Below are positions 24,380 through 31,771 of a stretch of DNA of 47,631 bases, piece after piece. The notes beneath the pieces were generated by a model. The model had not been told where the DNA came from, searched no databases, and was given only the letters and a program-made list of their open reading frames with translations. The position numbers and the translations under genes are program-made. Source of the stretch: Candidatus Krumholzibacteriia bacterium (GTDB taxonomy: Bacteria > Krumholzibacteriota > Krumholzibacteriia > G020349025); contig JBFJHN010000001.1 in the NCBI GenBank assembly GCA_041613275.1, forward strand, positions 1 through 47,631. Reading direction: 5' to 3'. Each line of letters opens with the position of its first letter. Positions within the stretch are counted from its first letter, which is position 1.

Positions 24380-24652
24380 TCACGCGAAGACCTCGCGCTC
24401 GTACGGACCGCCGTCTTCGTCGTAGTCGAGCACGACGCGCGTCGGTCGCGAGCAGTCCTCGCAAGAGCGCGTGACGCCCTGGTCGCACATCGGACAGATG
24501 TCGCCGGTGATGAGCACGCCCTCGCCGCTGCACGTCTCGCAGTCGTCTTCGCTCCAGTGGTGCTCAAGCGGCTGCTCGACTTGACAGTCGCGGCAGATGA
24601 AAGTCTCGGCGCGCGTCACGACGCCAGAGTGCTTCGGCTTTTCTTTGTTCAT
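24380..24652 (-). CDS. small Cys-rich zinc-finger protein (90 aa) with DnaJ-type CxxCxGxG motif
   Basis: ATG 24652 with a GGAGGA SD and an ATGA overlap. Four CxxC pairs: CRDC, CETCSGEG, CPMC, CEDC. Confidence 0.65.
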   Translation of the reverse strand: MNKEKPKHSGVVTRAETFICRDCQVEQPLEHHWSEDDCETCSGEGVLITGDICPMCDQGVTRSCEDCSRPTRVVLDYDEDGGPYEREVFA

Positions 24653-24873
24653 CGTTCCTCCGAGAGTTCGATTCGTTCGACGCCGTCCGTGCCGCGCAGC
24701 TCGCGCGCTAGGTCTTCGGCGCGCTTGCTCCACGTCTCGTAACGAAGCCGAGTCAGATGTGTGATTGTGCCGTCTGAGTTCTTGACGTTCACTTCGCAAA
24801 CGACGATGTACCCGGCAAGCTGTCCGGGCCGAGTCGTGTCGACGAGCAAGCGTCGCTTCTTCAATGCTCCCAT
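24649..24873 (-). CDS. hypothetical protein (74 aa)
   Basis: AAGGAGG SD. Begins MGALKKRRLLVDTTRPGQLAGYIVVCEVNVKNSDGTITHLTRLRYETW... Confidence 0.65.
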   Translation of the reverse strand: MGALKKRRLLVDTTRPGQLAGYIVVCEVNVKNSDGTITHLTRLRYETWSKRAEDLARELRGTDGVERIELSEER

Positions 24874-24901
24874 TGGGCCTCCTTCGGTCGTTGAAGATCA
24901 G

Positions 24902-25285
24902 TTAGTACACCGAGTACTCAGCATCTTCCATCACCTGTCGCACGCAATCCGCGCAGGCAGGTTCGTCTCCGATCGCATCGTTCGCCCGCTGGTGGCAGCC
25001 GGGACAAACGGGCGAGCCGAACACGCGCTCGCAGAATGCCGCCCAGGCGACCTTCGCTGCGAACGGCAGGATCGCCGTCCAGAACTCAAGCCAGGGTGCG
25101 TTCGACGGCTCTTCGGCAGGATCGCCGAAGCCCATTGCCGCGTGATAGTGCGCCTCCTCGTCGAAGCTCTGCAGAAGGTCGCCAGCGAACCTGAGCCACG
25201 CCGGGTCGCTCTCGGTAGTGAGGCCGCGACTCGGCCAGAGCATCTGCTCGTCGATCAGGCGCTCGCGCATCGTGGTTTTCTCCAT
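24902..25285 (-). CDS. hypothetical protein (127 aa) with C-terminal CxxC...CxxC
   Basis: ATG 25285 with a GGAGG SD. Begins MEKTTMRERLIDEQMLWPSRG and contains ..VCPGCHQRANDAIGDEPACADCVRQ. Confidence 0.6.
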   Translation of the reverse strand: MEKTTMRERLIDEQMLWPSRGLTTESDPAWLRFAGDLLQSFDEEAHYHAAMGFGDPAEEPSNAPWLEFWTAILPFAAKVAWAAFCERVFGSPVCPGCHQRANDAIGDEPACADCVRQVMEDAEYSVY

Positions 25286-25381
25286 GTGAACCTCCGTTCT
25301 TGCGCGCACTCTCCAGCGCGCGCGGTTATGAGATGGAGCGAGAGTGAAACTGGCAACAGAGTCGAGCCGCGCGCCGCTCGG

Positions 25382-25939
25382 TCACGCGGCCTTCGCTTCG
25401 CGGTCGATCTCGCGCTCGAAGCGGTTGCGCAGCGCGTGCAGCTTGCGCTGCTCCTTCACGTTCAGCGTCGGGACCTTCCCGTACTTCTGCTCGGGGTGCT
25501 TCCCATCGCTCAGCGCGGTCGAGATGCTCGTTCGACTGATGGTGATGCCCAGCTCACCGCAGATGCGCTCGGCAATGTGGGGCGTGTATGTCTCGGCGTC
25601 GGTCGAGACACTGCCCATCCAGCGGCAGAGCGCCGAGCCGGAGTACTTGTCGAACGCAAGTCCGTGCTTCGTGCGCGCGTTCTTCTTCTTGCGGGTGGTC
25701 TTCTTCTTCGTCGTTGCCATGTGAAACTCCTCTCTCGCGACACGCACGGTCGCATCGTCCGACGCGACTTCGTACCACGTGTCTTGGTTGTTCGGTAGGT
25801 TGTGCTCGCAAATGAAGACTCGCTCTCCATCAGTGAGCGCGTAGAGACTCTGAACTGCTTCACCCCATGCGCCGATCACGACGAGTCGCTCGGCGTCGGG
25901 CTGTCGGTCAAGCCGTGTGCGGTCCGCTTTCTTGAGCAT
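25382..25939 (-). CDS. hypothetical protein (185 aa); possible second internal start at 25720 giving a 112-aa basic product
   Basis: First gene of the leftward operon. ATG 25939 has no SD, whereas the internal ATG 25720 has a strong AGAGGAG SD and begins MATTKKKTTRKKKNARTKHG... Both halves have coding-like GC3. Confidence 0.6.
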   Translation of the reverse strand: MLKKADRTRLDRQPDAERLVVIGAWGEAVQSLYALTDGERVFICEHNLPNNQDTWYEVASDDATVRVAREEFHMATTKKKTTRKKKNARTKHGLAFDKYSGSALCRWMGSVSTDAETYTPHIAERICGELGITISRTSISTALSDGKHPEQKYGKVPTLNVKEQRKLHALRNRFEREIDREAKAA

Positions 25940-26320
25940 CGATTAGATGCGCGTCGTGCAGCTCGGCTCTGATGTCAGCTTCACTCTCGCTTGCTTCGCT
26001 CACGACCACCGACTGCGTACGTCCCGACGCGCGTCCTCGCTGCTGTCGTGCTCCTAGTCTGCGCTCGCTGCGATGCTCCCTCATCGCTGCCGTACACGAG
26101 CGCCTCCTGGCGATCAGCAGCTCACCGCGCGCCCTGTTTCTCGGCGCGTTCCCTCGTGAGCTATTCGACTTTCAACGTAGAGTGACGACTCGTTCAGCTG
26201 GCGTACGGAGCAGAAGCAGACGCCCGATCTCTGAGTCTCCGGAGAGCGTCAGTACAGGGGGCGTTACCGCTCGGTCGCTGCATCGCTTTTGTCTCTCTCT
26301 CAACCAAGCTAAGCGTAGGA

Positions 26321-26350
26321 CCTTTTGGTGAGAATCGCAAGAGGTTTTTT
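26321..26350 (+). terminator. intrinsic-terminator-like element: stem CCUUUUG/CAAGAGG (one G-U), 10-nt loop, then T6
   Basis: Read directly (ccttttg gtgagaatcg caagagg tttttt). Lies in the non-coding region about 45 bp upstream of the rightward promoter. The stem is weak and AU-rich. Confidence 0.35.
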
Positions 26351-26393
26351 GCCACCCTTTGCGCAACCATAAAAACGGGCGCTTTAAGCAGAG

Positions 26394-26423
26394 TTGACAG
26401 CGGCTTGTTCTATTGCGTATAGT
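26394..26423 (+). promoter_or_regulatory. near-consensus sigma70-type promoter TTGACA-N18-TATAGT for the rightward early operon
   Basis: -35 at 26394-26399 and -10 at 26418-26423. About 50 bp upstream of the AAGGAGG SD and ATG 26474. Confidence 0.6.
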
Positions 26424-26432
26424 TGCGAGCGA

Positions 26433-26451
26433 CCCGCTTGCAGAAAGCGGG
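26433..26451 (+). promoter_or_regulatory. inverted repeat CCCGCTT-GCAGA-AAGCGGG at the predicted 5' end of the early-right mRNA (operator or 5' stabilising hairpin)
   Basis: Perfect 7-bp arms, starting about 10 nt after the -10 hexamer. Confidence 0.4.
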
Positions 26452-26473
26452 CGGGTGAAAAAAGGAGGCGAAA

Positions 26474-26722
26474 ATGGGAAAGGGGCAGACACGTGGACGA
26501 CCGCCGAAGCCTGCTGGTGGCGTCTTGCACGTCGAGCTTCCGAGCGATCTCAAGCGCTCGCTCATCGACGGCGCAGACGAAGCTGGTACGAGTCTCGTTC
26601 GATTCGTCACCGTGCTTCTGCGATCGGTGCAGGGCGATCGCGGCACACACACGGCGCTCGTCGATTCGTACTTGAAGCGGAACGCGCACGAGATCGAGAT
26701 AGACCGAAGCGAAGCCGCGTGA
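26474..26722 (+). CDS. ribbon-helix-helix (CopG/Arc-like) DNA-binding protein with N-terminal GRP AT-hook-like motif
   Basis: AAGGAGG SD. MGKGQTRGRPPKP.. then VLHVELPSDLKRSLIDGADEAGTSLVRFVTVLL, a beta-strand/helix/helix RHH pattern. First gene after the promoter. Confidence 0.6.
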   Translation: MGKGQTRGRPPKPAGGVLHVELPSDLKRSLIDGADEAGTSLVRFVTVLLRSVQGDRGTHTALVDSYLKRNAHEIEIDRSEAA

Positions 26723-26746
26723 TCGCGGCACCAGGAGAGAGACTGA

Positions 26747-27709
26747 ATGACAGCTAAGAAGAAGACCACGACCAAGCAGCAGAGCAGCGCCGCTGAAGAA
26801 GAGGCTCGGCTGCCAGAGCCGCCGAGCGCTGAAGCACATCTCTTCGAGCGCTTGCTGTGGGTGCAGAAGCATCTACCGACGTTCGTCCAAGACGTGACCG
26901 TCAGGGGCGGCGGCGCGAACTACAAAGCGACGAGTCACGACCAGGTCGTCGCGAGAGCGAAGCCGCTGCTCGTGCGAGCTGGCGTACTCGTGCTCTCGGA
27001 AGTGCTCTCGCACGAGCATGAGTGGCGCAAGGTGGTAACGAACAACGGTGAGCGCTCGTGGCACTGGCACGAAGTCGTCGTCGGCGTGCGCTTCGTGAAT
27101 GCGTACGTTCCGGCTCAAGCGTACCCGCCGCTCGATCAGCCGCCGATGAAGGCGGTCGGCTGCGCGCTCGACACACAAGACAAGGGCGCGGGGAAAGCTG
27201 TGAGCTACGCGAAGAAGTACGGCTTGCTGCTCGCGCTACTCGGGCAGACTGGAGACTTCGAAGAAGAGCGCGTCGACGGCGAAGACGCTGGTCCGTACGA
27301 GCGCGAGAGTCGACCGAAGAGCCGCTCGACCGGCAAGCGTCGCAGCAACGGGCAGCAGTCGGAGAAAGCGCCGATGCCGACGCTGAACATCGAGCCGCTC
27401 GAATCGACAGCGCACATCGACGGCGCGGCGTGGTCCGAAGTCGTGAGCCTGTGGCACGACAACGGCGTCATCAACGAACAGCAGCGCCGCGCTCTGTTCA
27501 AAGCGGCGACCGATGCCGGGTGGAAAGGGCAAGAAGTGCTCGACGTCATCCATCACCATCTCGGCGTCTCGTCGAAAGCTCTGCCGTGGGGCAAGCCGTT
27601 CGACAAGCTCTGCGAACTGTTCGTCGCGTACGCGCCGCCACGCGAGAGCGAAGACGAAGCGCCGCCACAAGGGGCGGAAGAGCAACCGGGCGAACTGTTC
27701 GACGACTGA
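26747..27709 (+). CDS. ERF-family single-strand annealing protein
   Basis: 320 aa. ..GGGANYKATSHDQVVARAKPLLVRAGV.. and DKGAGKAVSYAKKYGLLLALLGQTGDFEEE fit the ERF pattern. Followed by an exonuclease gene. Confidence 0.75.
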   Translation: MTAKKKTTTKQQSSAAEEEARLPEPPSAEAHLFERLLWVQKHLPTFVQDVTVRGGGANYKATSHDQVVARAKPLLVRAGVLVLSEVLSHEHEWRKVVTNNGERSWHWHEVVVGVRFVNAYVPAQAYPPLDQPPMKAVGCALDTQDKGAGKAVSYAKKYGLLLALLGQTGDFEEERVDGEDAGPYERESRPKSRSTGKRRSNGQQSEKAPMPTLNIEPLESTAHIDGAAWSEVVSLWHDNGVINEQQRRALFKAATDAGWKGQEVLDVIHHHLGVSSKALPWGKPFDKLCELFVAYAPPRESEDEAPPQGAEEQPGELFDD

Positions 27710-28392
27710 TGTCGAGCGGCTTGCCGGTCCCGATACCGCCACAGCCGAACGGCTTCATGGCGACGGAAGCGCATCAGTACTTCTACATGCTGACGCCGAT
27801 TCCCGGCGTGACGACTCTCATCGCTGAGAGCGGACTATCGAACGACTTCTCTGGAGTGCCGAGCGGAGTGCTGGAACGAGCCGCCGAGCGCGGCAGCGAT
27901 GTGCACGACGCGACGTACTTCTTGCTCGAAGACGATCTCGACGAAGAGAGTCTCTTGCCAGACGTCGCCGAGCACATGCGCGGCGTCGACCAAGTGCTCA
28001 AGAGCGCGAGCGTCGAAGCGTGGGCGCATGAGCTGCACGTCTGCAGTCCGAGCTTGAGAGTCGGTGGTCGACTCGACATTTGGGGTCTCGTCTACGGTGG
28101 CCCCGGACTCGTCGACGTCAAGTCTGGAGAGACGCGCGTCGGCTACGTGTCGCTGCAGCTCTGGCTCTACCGGCGAGCGCTGGTCGAGATGTACGAGATC
28201 GCATCGCGCGGCGGCGAAGTCGAAGTCATGCAGCACGCAGCCGAACTTGCGCGCTTGGCGCGGCTGTGGTGCTTGAGAACGAAGCCAGCTCGACTCGTAG
28301 AAGTCGGACTGCCAGACGACGAAGAGACGTGTCTCGCGATGCTCGCGCTGCATCGTCGGCGCGAGTCGCGGGCGCACTGGAGAAAGGTATAG
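27709..28392 (+). CDS. PD-(D/E)XK exonuclease (Cas4/RecB-like fold), recombination partner of ERF
   Basis: ATG 27709 overlaps TGA (TGATG). Motifs GRLDIWGL, GLVDVKSG and YVSLQLWLY give the D..(D/E)xK..QxxxY arrangement. The long ORF-track N-extension (27058..) is an Arg-rich off-frame over the ERF gene. Confidence 0.65.
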   Translation: MSSGLPVPIPPQPNGFMATEAHQYFYMLTPIPGVTTLIAESGLSNDFSGVPSGVLERAAERGSDVHDATYFLLEDDLDEESLLPDVAEHMRGVDQVLKSASVEAWAHELHVCSPSLRVGGRLDIWGLVYGGPGLVDVKSGETRVGYVSLQLWLYRRALVEMYEIASRGGEVEVMQHAAELARLARLWCLRTKPARLVEVGLPDDEETCLAMLALHRRRESRAHWRKV

Positions 28393-28396
28393 AGCG

Positions 28397-28885
28397 ATGA
28401 TCCAAGAGAGAGAGACGACACGAGCGCCGCGTGTGCTCGGTGTCACGACGAAGCCAACAGCCGCGATCGACAACCGCTTGCTCGTGGTGGTCGAACTCGA
28501 CGAGCTGCCGGAGTTTCGCTACAGCAAGATCGGCGAAGAGCGGCGCTACCTCTACGCAGCGAGCGCTGGCGGCTTTCACAAAGCGTACGTCTACGATTCG
28601 AGCGACCGTAGCGGGCACGGCGGTCGACAGATCGAGCTGCCGATGCTCGACGGCACGGTCGCGAGCATCGTCGGTCCGTGGACGGCATCGAACTCGGAGT
28701 TTGCCGCGTGGGGATTCCCTCGGTGCTGTGCGGTCGAACTTGTGACGAGCACGTCGGAGTACTTCGACGCCGTGAACGCTCTCGCCGAAGAGCACGTGCT
28801 GCGCTCGTGGCTCGACGAGAAGCGCTTCGAGCTGCGAAGCGACGAGTCCGGTCTGTTCGTCTACGCAAAGGGCGGTGACGCGTGA
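28397..28885 (+). CDS. hypothetical protein (162 aa)
   Basis: ORF-track 28397..28885 with good composition. No motif recognised. Confidence 0.65.
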   Translation: MIQERETTRAPRVLGVTTKPTAAIDNRLLVVVELDELPEFRYSKIGEERRYLYAASAGGFHKAYVYDSSDRSGHGGRQIELPMLDGTVASIVGPWTASNSEFAAWGFPRCCAVELVTSTSEYFDAVNALAEEHVLRSWLDEKRFELRSDESGLFVYAKGGDA

Positions 28886-29559
28886 GCGTCGACGCTATCT
28901 CGTGGGTGCTGAACGAAGTTCGTGGTCTCAAGCCAGCCGAGCGACTGCTGCTGCTGGTGCTCGCCGACTGCGTCGATGCCGACTGGACGTGGGCACCCTC
29001 GCAGAAGATGCTCGCCGACCGCACCGAGCTAGCGAAAGAGACGGTACGAGTGAACGCGAAGCGGCTCGAAGAGCGCGGTCTCTTGCGGCGCGAAGAGCGC
29101 ACCGACAAGACCGGTCGAACCACGTCGAACCGGTACGTGCTCACGCCGCAGGGAAGACCCTGCGCGACAGGGGGGGCGACCCCCTTGTCGGACGGGGGGG
29201 TCACTACGTTTACCCCCCATAAAAAACAATCACTCATTGCGTGCGCACGCGACCCTGGATGGAGCGTGGACGATTACGAGCTGCCGAGAGAGATCGATGA
29301 GAGCGAAGACGCGCGAGCTGCCGTTCAGCGCTGGCTCGACGACCGCAAGCAGAGGCGTCTCAGCAAGTACGCGAGCGGCGGCTTCGTGAAGCGGCTGCTA
29401 TCGCGCTGTGGCGGCGATGTCGAGCACTTCATCGACTCGATCGACTTCTCGATCGACATGGCATACGCAGGGCCGCATCCGTCCGACAAGCCGAAGCCAA
29501 AGAAGCGGCGCGACGAGCGCTCCGTCTCCGATCTCGCTGAAGACGAGTGGACGCAATGA
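28882..29559 (+). CDS. replication initiator-like protein with N-terminal winged-helix domain
   Basis: GTGA overlap. AISWVLNEVRGLKPAERLLLLVLADCVDADWTWAPSQKMLADRTELAKETVRVNAKRLEERGLL is the typical phage O/DnaD-like wHTH N-domain. Followed by the helicase-loader gene. Confidence 0.6.
   Translation: MSVDAISWVLNEVRGLKPAERLLLLVLADCVDADWTWAPSQKMLADRTELAKETVRVNAKRLEERGLLRREERTDKTGRTTSNRYVLTPQGRPCATGGATPLSDGGVTTFTPHKKQSLIACARDPGWSVDDYELPREIDESEDARAAVQRWLDDRKQRRLSKYASGGFVKRLLSRCGGDVEHFIDSIDFSIDMAYAGPHPSDKPKPKKRRDERSVSDLAEDEWTQ
29165..29240. other. candidate origin-like element inside the initiator gene: G7/C5 and G7/C6 inverted run pairs followed by an A-rich stretch
   Basis: acaGGGGGGGcgaCCCCCttgtcggacGGGGGGGtcactacgtttaCCCCCCatAAAAAAcaatcactcatt. 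It encodes the linker between the two domains of the initiator. Confidence 0.35.
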
Positions 29560-30296
29560 GGCCGCTCTCGGAAGAGTTGGGTCGCAGCTTGGCGATGGCT
29601 GCCGACGAGTGGTCCGGTCGCATGAAGACTTGGACGTGTACGAGCTGCGGCGAGACGTGCGATGTGCCGCAGAGCTACGAGAGCGACAGCGGCGTCTGCA
29701 GCTTGTGCGAGCGCCGAGCCGCGCGCCGCGAGAACTGGATCGAGAATCTCGTCTCAGCTCAAGTCCCTGAGCGGTACTTGTCGGTGCCGAGCACGCTCAA
29801 CGTCGATAAGCGCGTCGCGCGGTGGGCAGCAGAGACTCCGACATGGTCGCTCGTACTGCTTGGTCCGAACGGCGTCGGGAAGACGTGGTCTGCAACGTGG
29901 ACGCTCGGAGAGCTGCTCGCTCGCGGTGTCGACTTGAAGCGCGGTGAAGAGCGCGTACCGATCGGTGCACGCGTGCTGTGGAGTGACGTCGCATGGAGCA
30001 TCGAGACGATGCGCCAGCAGATTGAGAGCGCTCGACCGACCGAGCACTTCGACCGGCTCGTCTTCGCTCGCGTGCTGCTGCTCGACGATTGGGCGTCGAT
30101 GCGCGATACCGAGTACGGTCGCGAGAGGATGCGGCTTGTCGTCAAAGCGCGTTATGATCAGCTGCGCCCGACGATCATCACGACTGACCGACCGTTGAAA
30201 GAGATCGAGCCGCGACTTGCATCTCGACTCTCGGAGAAGAGCGGCCAGTTTGATCCGCTTGTCGTCTTGAAGGGCGCAGACCGGCGCAGGAGCTAG
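29556..30296 (+). CDS. DnaC/IstB-like AAA+ helicase loader with N-terminal Cys4 zinc ribbon
   Basis: ATGA overlap. CTSCGETC...CSLCERR zinc ribbon, Walker A LLGPNGVGKT, Walker B VLLLDDW. Confidence 0.8.
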   Translation: MRPLSEELGRSLAMAADEWSGRMKTWTCTSCGETCDVPQSYESDSGVCSLCERRAARRENWIENLVSAQVPERYLSVPSTLNVDKRVARWAAETPTWSLVLLGPNGVGKTWSATWTLGELLARGVDLKRGEERVPIGARVLWSDVAWSIETMRQQIESARPTEHFDRLVFARVLLLDDWASMRDTEYGRERMRLVVKARYDQLRPTIITTDRPLKEIEPRLASRLSEKSGQFDPLVVLKGADRRRS

Positions 30297-30299
30297 CAC

Positions 30300-30977
30300 G
30301 TGGCGAAGAAGAAGAAGTACCGAGTCTCAGAGCACAGCATCCACGAGTACACGTTCGACGAAGACAACCCGCGCAAGCGTGACGCGAAAGCTCGCTCAGC
30401 TCTTGAGCAGAGCTTGAGGCACTTCGGCGCTGTTCGCTCGCTTGGAGCAACGAAGGGCCGCGTCATCCGAGCAGGCAACGGCACGGCGCGTGCGGCTCTA
30501 GCTGGCGAGATCACCGAAGTGATTGAAGTTGAGACGGACGGCTCGCAGCTGGTCGTCGTGTACCGCCCCGATCTCGACGGTTCGAAAGCTGCGCTCTACC
30601 GCGAAGCCGACAACCGCGCTTCCGATCTCGCGACGTACGACTACGAGAGGCTCGCCGAAGAGCTGCGTCGCCGTGCGGAAGAAGCCGGAACGACGGAAGC
30701 GATCGAAGCTGTCGGATGGGAGCCGCATGAGCTTGCGCCGTTGCTCGGGGCGTGGACTCCGCAAGGAAAGACAAGCGAAGAATTCGTTGCGCAAAGCCCG
30801 CGACACTCGCGGTACTTTGTAGTGACGATGGAGCAGTACGAAGTCGTGATGCGCGCAGTCGAAGCAATGCGCCGCGTCGAAAGCGACGCGTCGATCAGCC
30901 CTGGCCGAGCAATGGAGCTGATTAGCGCCGACTACTTGTCTGGAGTGCAGATCGAAGAAGGAGGAGCGAGCGAATGA
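30300..30977 (+). CDS. ParB N-terminal-domain (ParB/Srx-like) protein, paralog 1; DpdB-like candidate
   Basis: FDEDNPRKRDAKARSALEQSLRHFGAVRSL..VIRAGNGTARAAL.. and YREADNRASDLATYDYERL fit the ParB-like nuclease-domain pattern. ATGA-coupled to queC. C-terminal motif GRAMELISADYLSG is shared with 36732..37211. Confidence 0.6.
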   Translation: MAKKKKYRVSEHSIHEYTFDEDNPRKRDAKARSALEQSLRHFGAVRSLGATKGRVIRAGNGTARAALAGEITEVIEVETDGSQLVVVYRPDLDGSKAALYREADNRASDLATYDYERLAEELRRRAEEAGTTEAIEAVGWEPHELAPLLGAWTPQGKTSEEFVAQSPRHSRYFVVTMEQYEVVMRAVEAMRRVESDASISPGRAMELISADYLSGVQIEEGGASE

Positions 30978-31753
30978 CGAATTTGACTCGAATCAGAGAG
31001 GAGTCAGCAAAGAGAAAAGCAGAGCGCGCGAAGCCAAACGTCGCCGTGCTTCTCAGCGGTGGACTCGACTCGACGTGTCTTCTTGCGTCTCTTGTTGCCG
31101 CGCGAGACGCATCAGGAGTGCGCCCATGCAGCGTGAGCGTCTACTACGGGCAGAAGCACGAGCGCGAGCTGCGAGCTGCACAGGCGGTCGCAGATTATTT
31201 CGGCATCCAGCACAAGACGATCTCGCTGTCCGATGCGCTTGAGCACCCTGGCTCAGCTCTGACAGACGACTGCGTCTCCGTTCCGCGCGGTCACTACGCA
31301 GCAGAGACGATGAAAGCGACAGTCGTGCCGCATCGGAATCTATTGATGCTGACAGCAGCGAGCGCGTTCGGGCTGAGCAGATTCGGCGTCTCAGCGGTCG
31401 CTTACGCAGCGCATGCGGGCGATCACCCTATCTACCCTGATTGTCGAGAGAGCTTCGTCGAAGCGGCTCGCAAGCTGCTCTCGCTGAGCGTTGACCGCGA
31501 GGTCGAGATCATCGCTCCGTACCTGAGCAAGACCAAGGGCGACATCGTGAAAGAAGGCGTGCTCTACAGTGCGCCATTTGCCCTCACGTGGAGCTGCTAC
31601 GAAGGCGGCGAGTACCACTGCGGCGAGTGCGGCACGTGCGTCGAGCGGCGCGAAGCGTTCCGGCTTGCTGGAGTACTCGACCCTACCGTCTACGCACGCG
31701 GCGCACGTGATCTCGACGAGTTGTTAGCGCTAGGCGAGAGTGACGCGCTCTGA
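30974..31753 (+). CDS. queC: 7-cyano-7-deazaguanine (preQ0) synthase QueC
   Basis: PP-loop LLSGGLDST, YGQKHERELRAA, VVPHRNLLML, IYPDCRESF, and the Zn site SCYEGGEYHCGECGTCVERREAF. Confidence 0.9.
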   Translation: MTNLTRIREESAKRKAERAKPNVAVLLSGGLDSTCLLASLVAARDASGVRPCSVSVYYGQKHERELRAAQAVADYFGIQHKTISLSDALEHPGSALTDDCVSVPRGHYAAETMKATVVPHRNLLMLTAASAFGLSRFGVSAVAYAAHAGDHPIYPDCRESFVEAARKLLSLSVDREVEIIAPYLSKTKGDIVKEGVLYSAPFALTWSCYEGGEYHCGECGTCVERREAFRLAGVLDPTVYARGARDLDELLALGESDAL

Positions 31754-31771
31754 GAAGGAGCTTTCGACGCC

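Noticed and set aside
25302-25321. GCGCGC-N8-GCGCGC inverted repeat in the 25286-25381 gap, as a terminator.
   Set aside because: GCGCGC is self-complementary and common at this GC content. The stem is only 6 bp with no U-tract, which is too weak to call.
22675-25798. Plus-strand ORFs 22675..24063 (462 aa) and 24761..25798 (345 aa) across the leftward operon.
   Set aside because: They are Ser/Arg-rich with no motifs. They run antisense to the AAA+ ATPase (clear Walker motifs) and to SD-preceded minus-strand genes.
25972-26331. 119-aa ORF in the divergent control region. Also the short minus-strand ORFs there, including a 27-aa ORF after a GAGAGAGAGA SD-like run at about 26170-26280.
   Set aside because: Composition is Ser/Leu/Arg/Cys-rich and GC3 is mediocre. 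There is no convincing SD at the right spacing for the long ORF, and the short ones are below any reliable threshold. I treat the region as non-coding or regulatory.
29170-29218. G-quadruplex formed by the G7 runs.
   Set aside because: There are only two G-runs on one strand, each paired with nearby C-runs. That is not enough for an intramolecular four-tract G4. Hairpin or iteron-like interpretations fit better.
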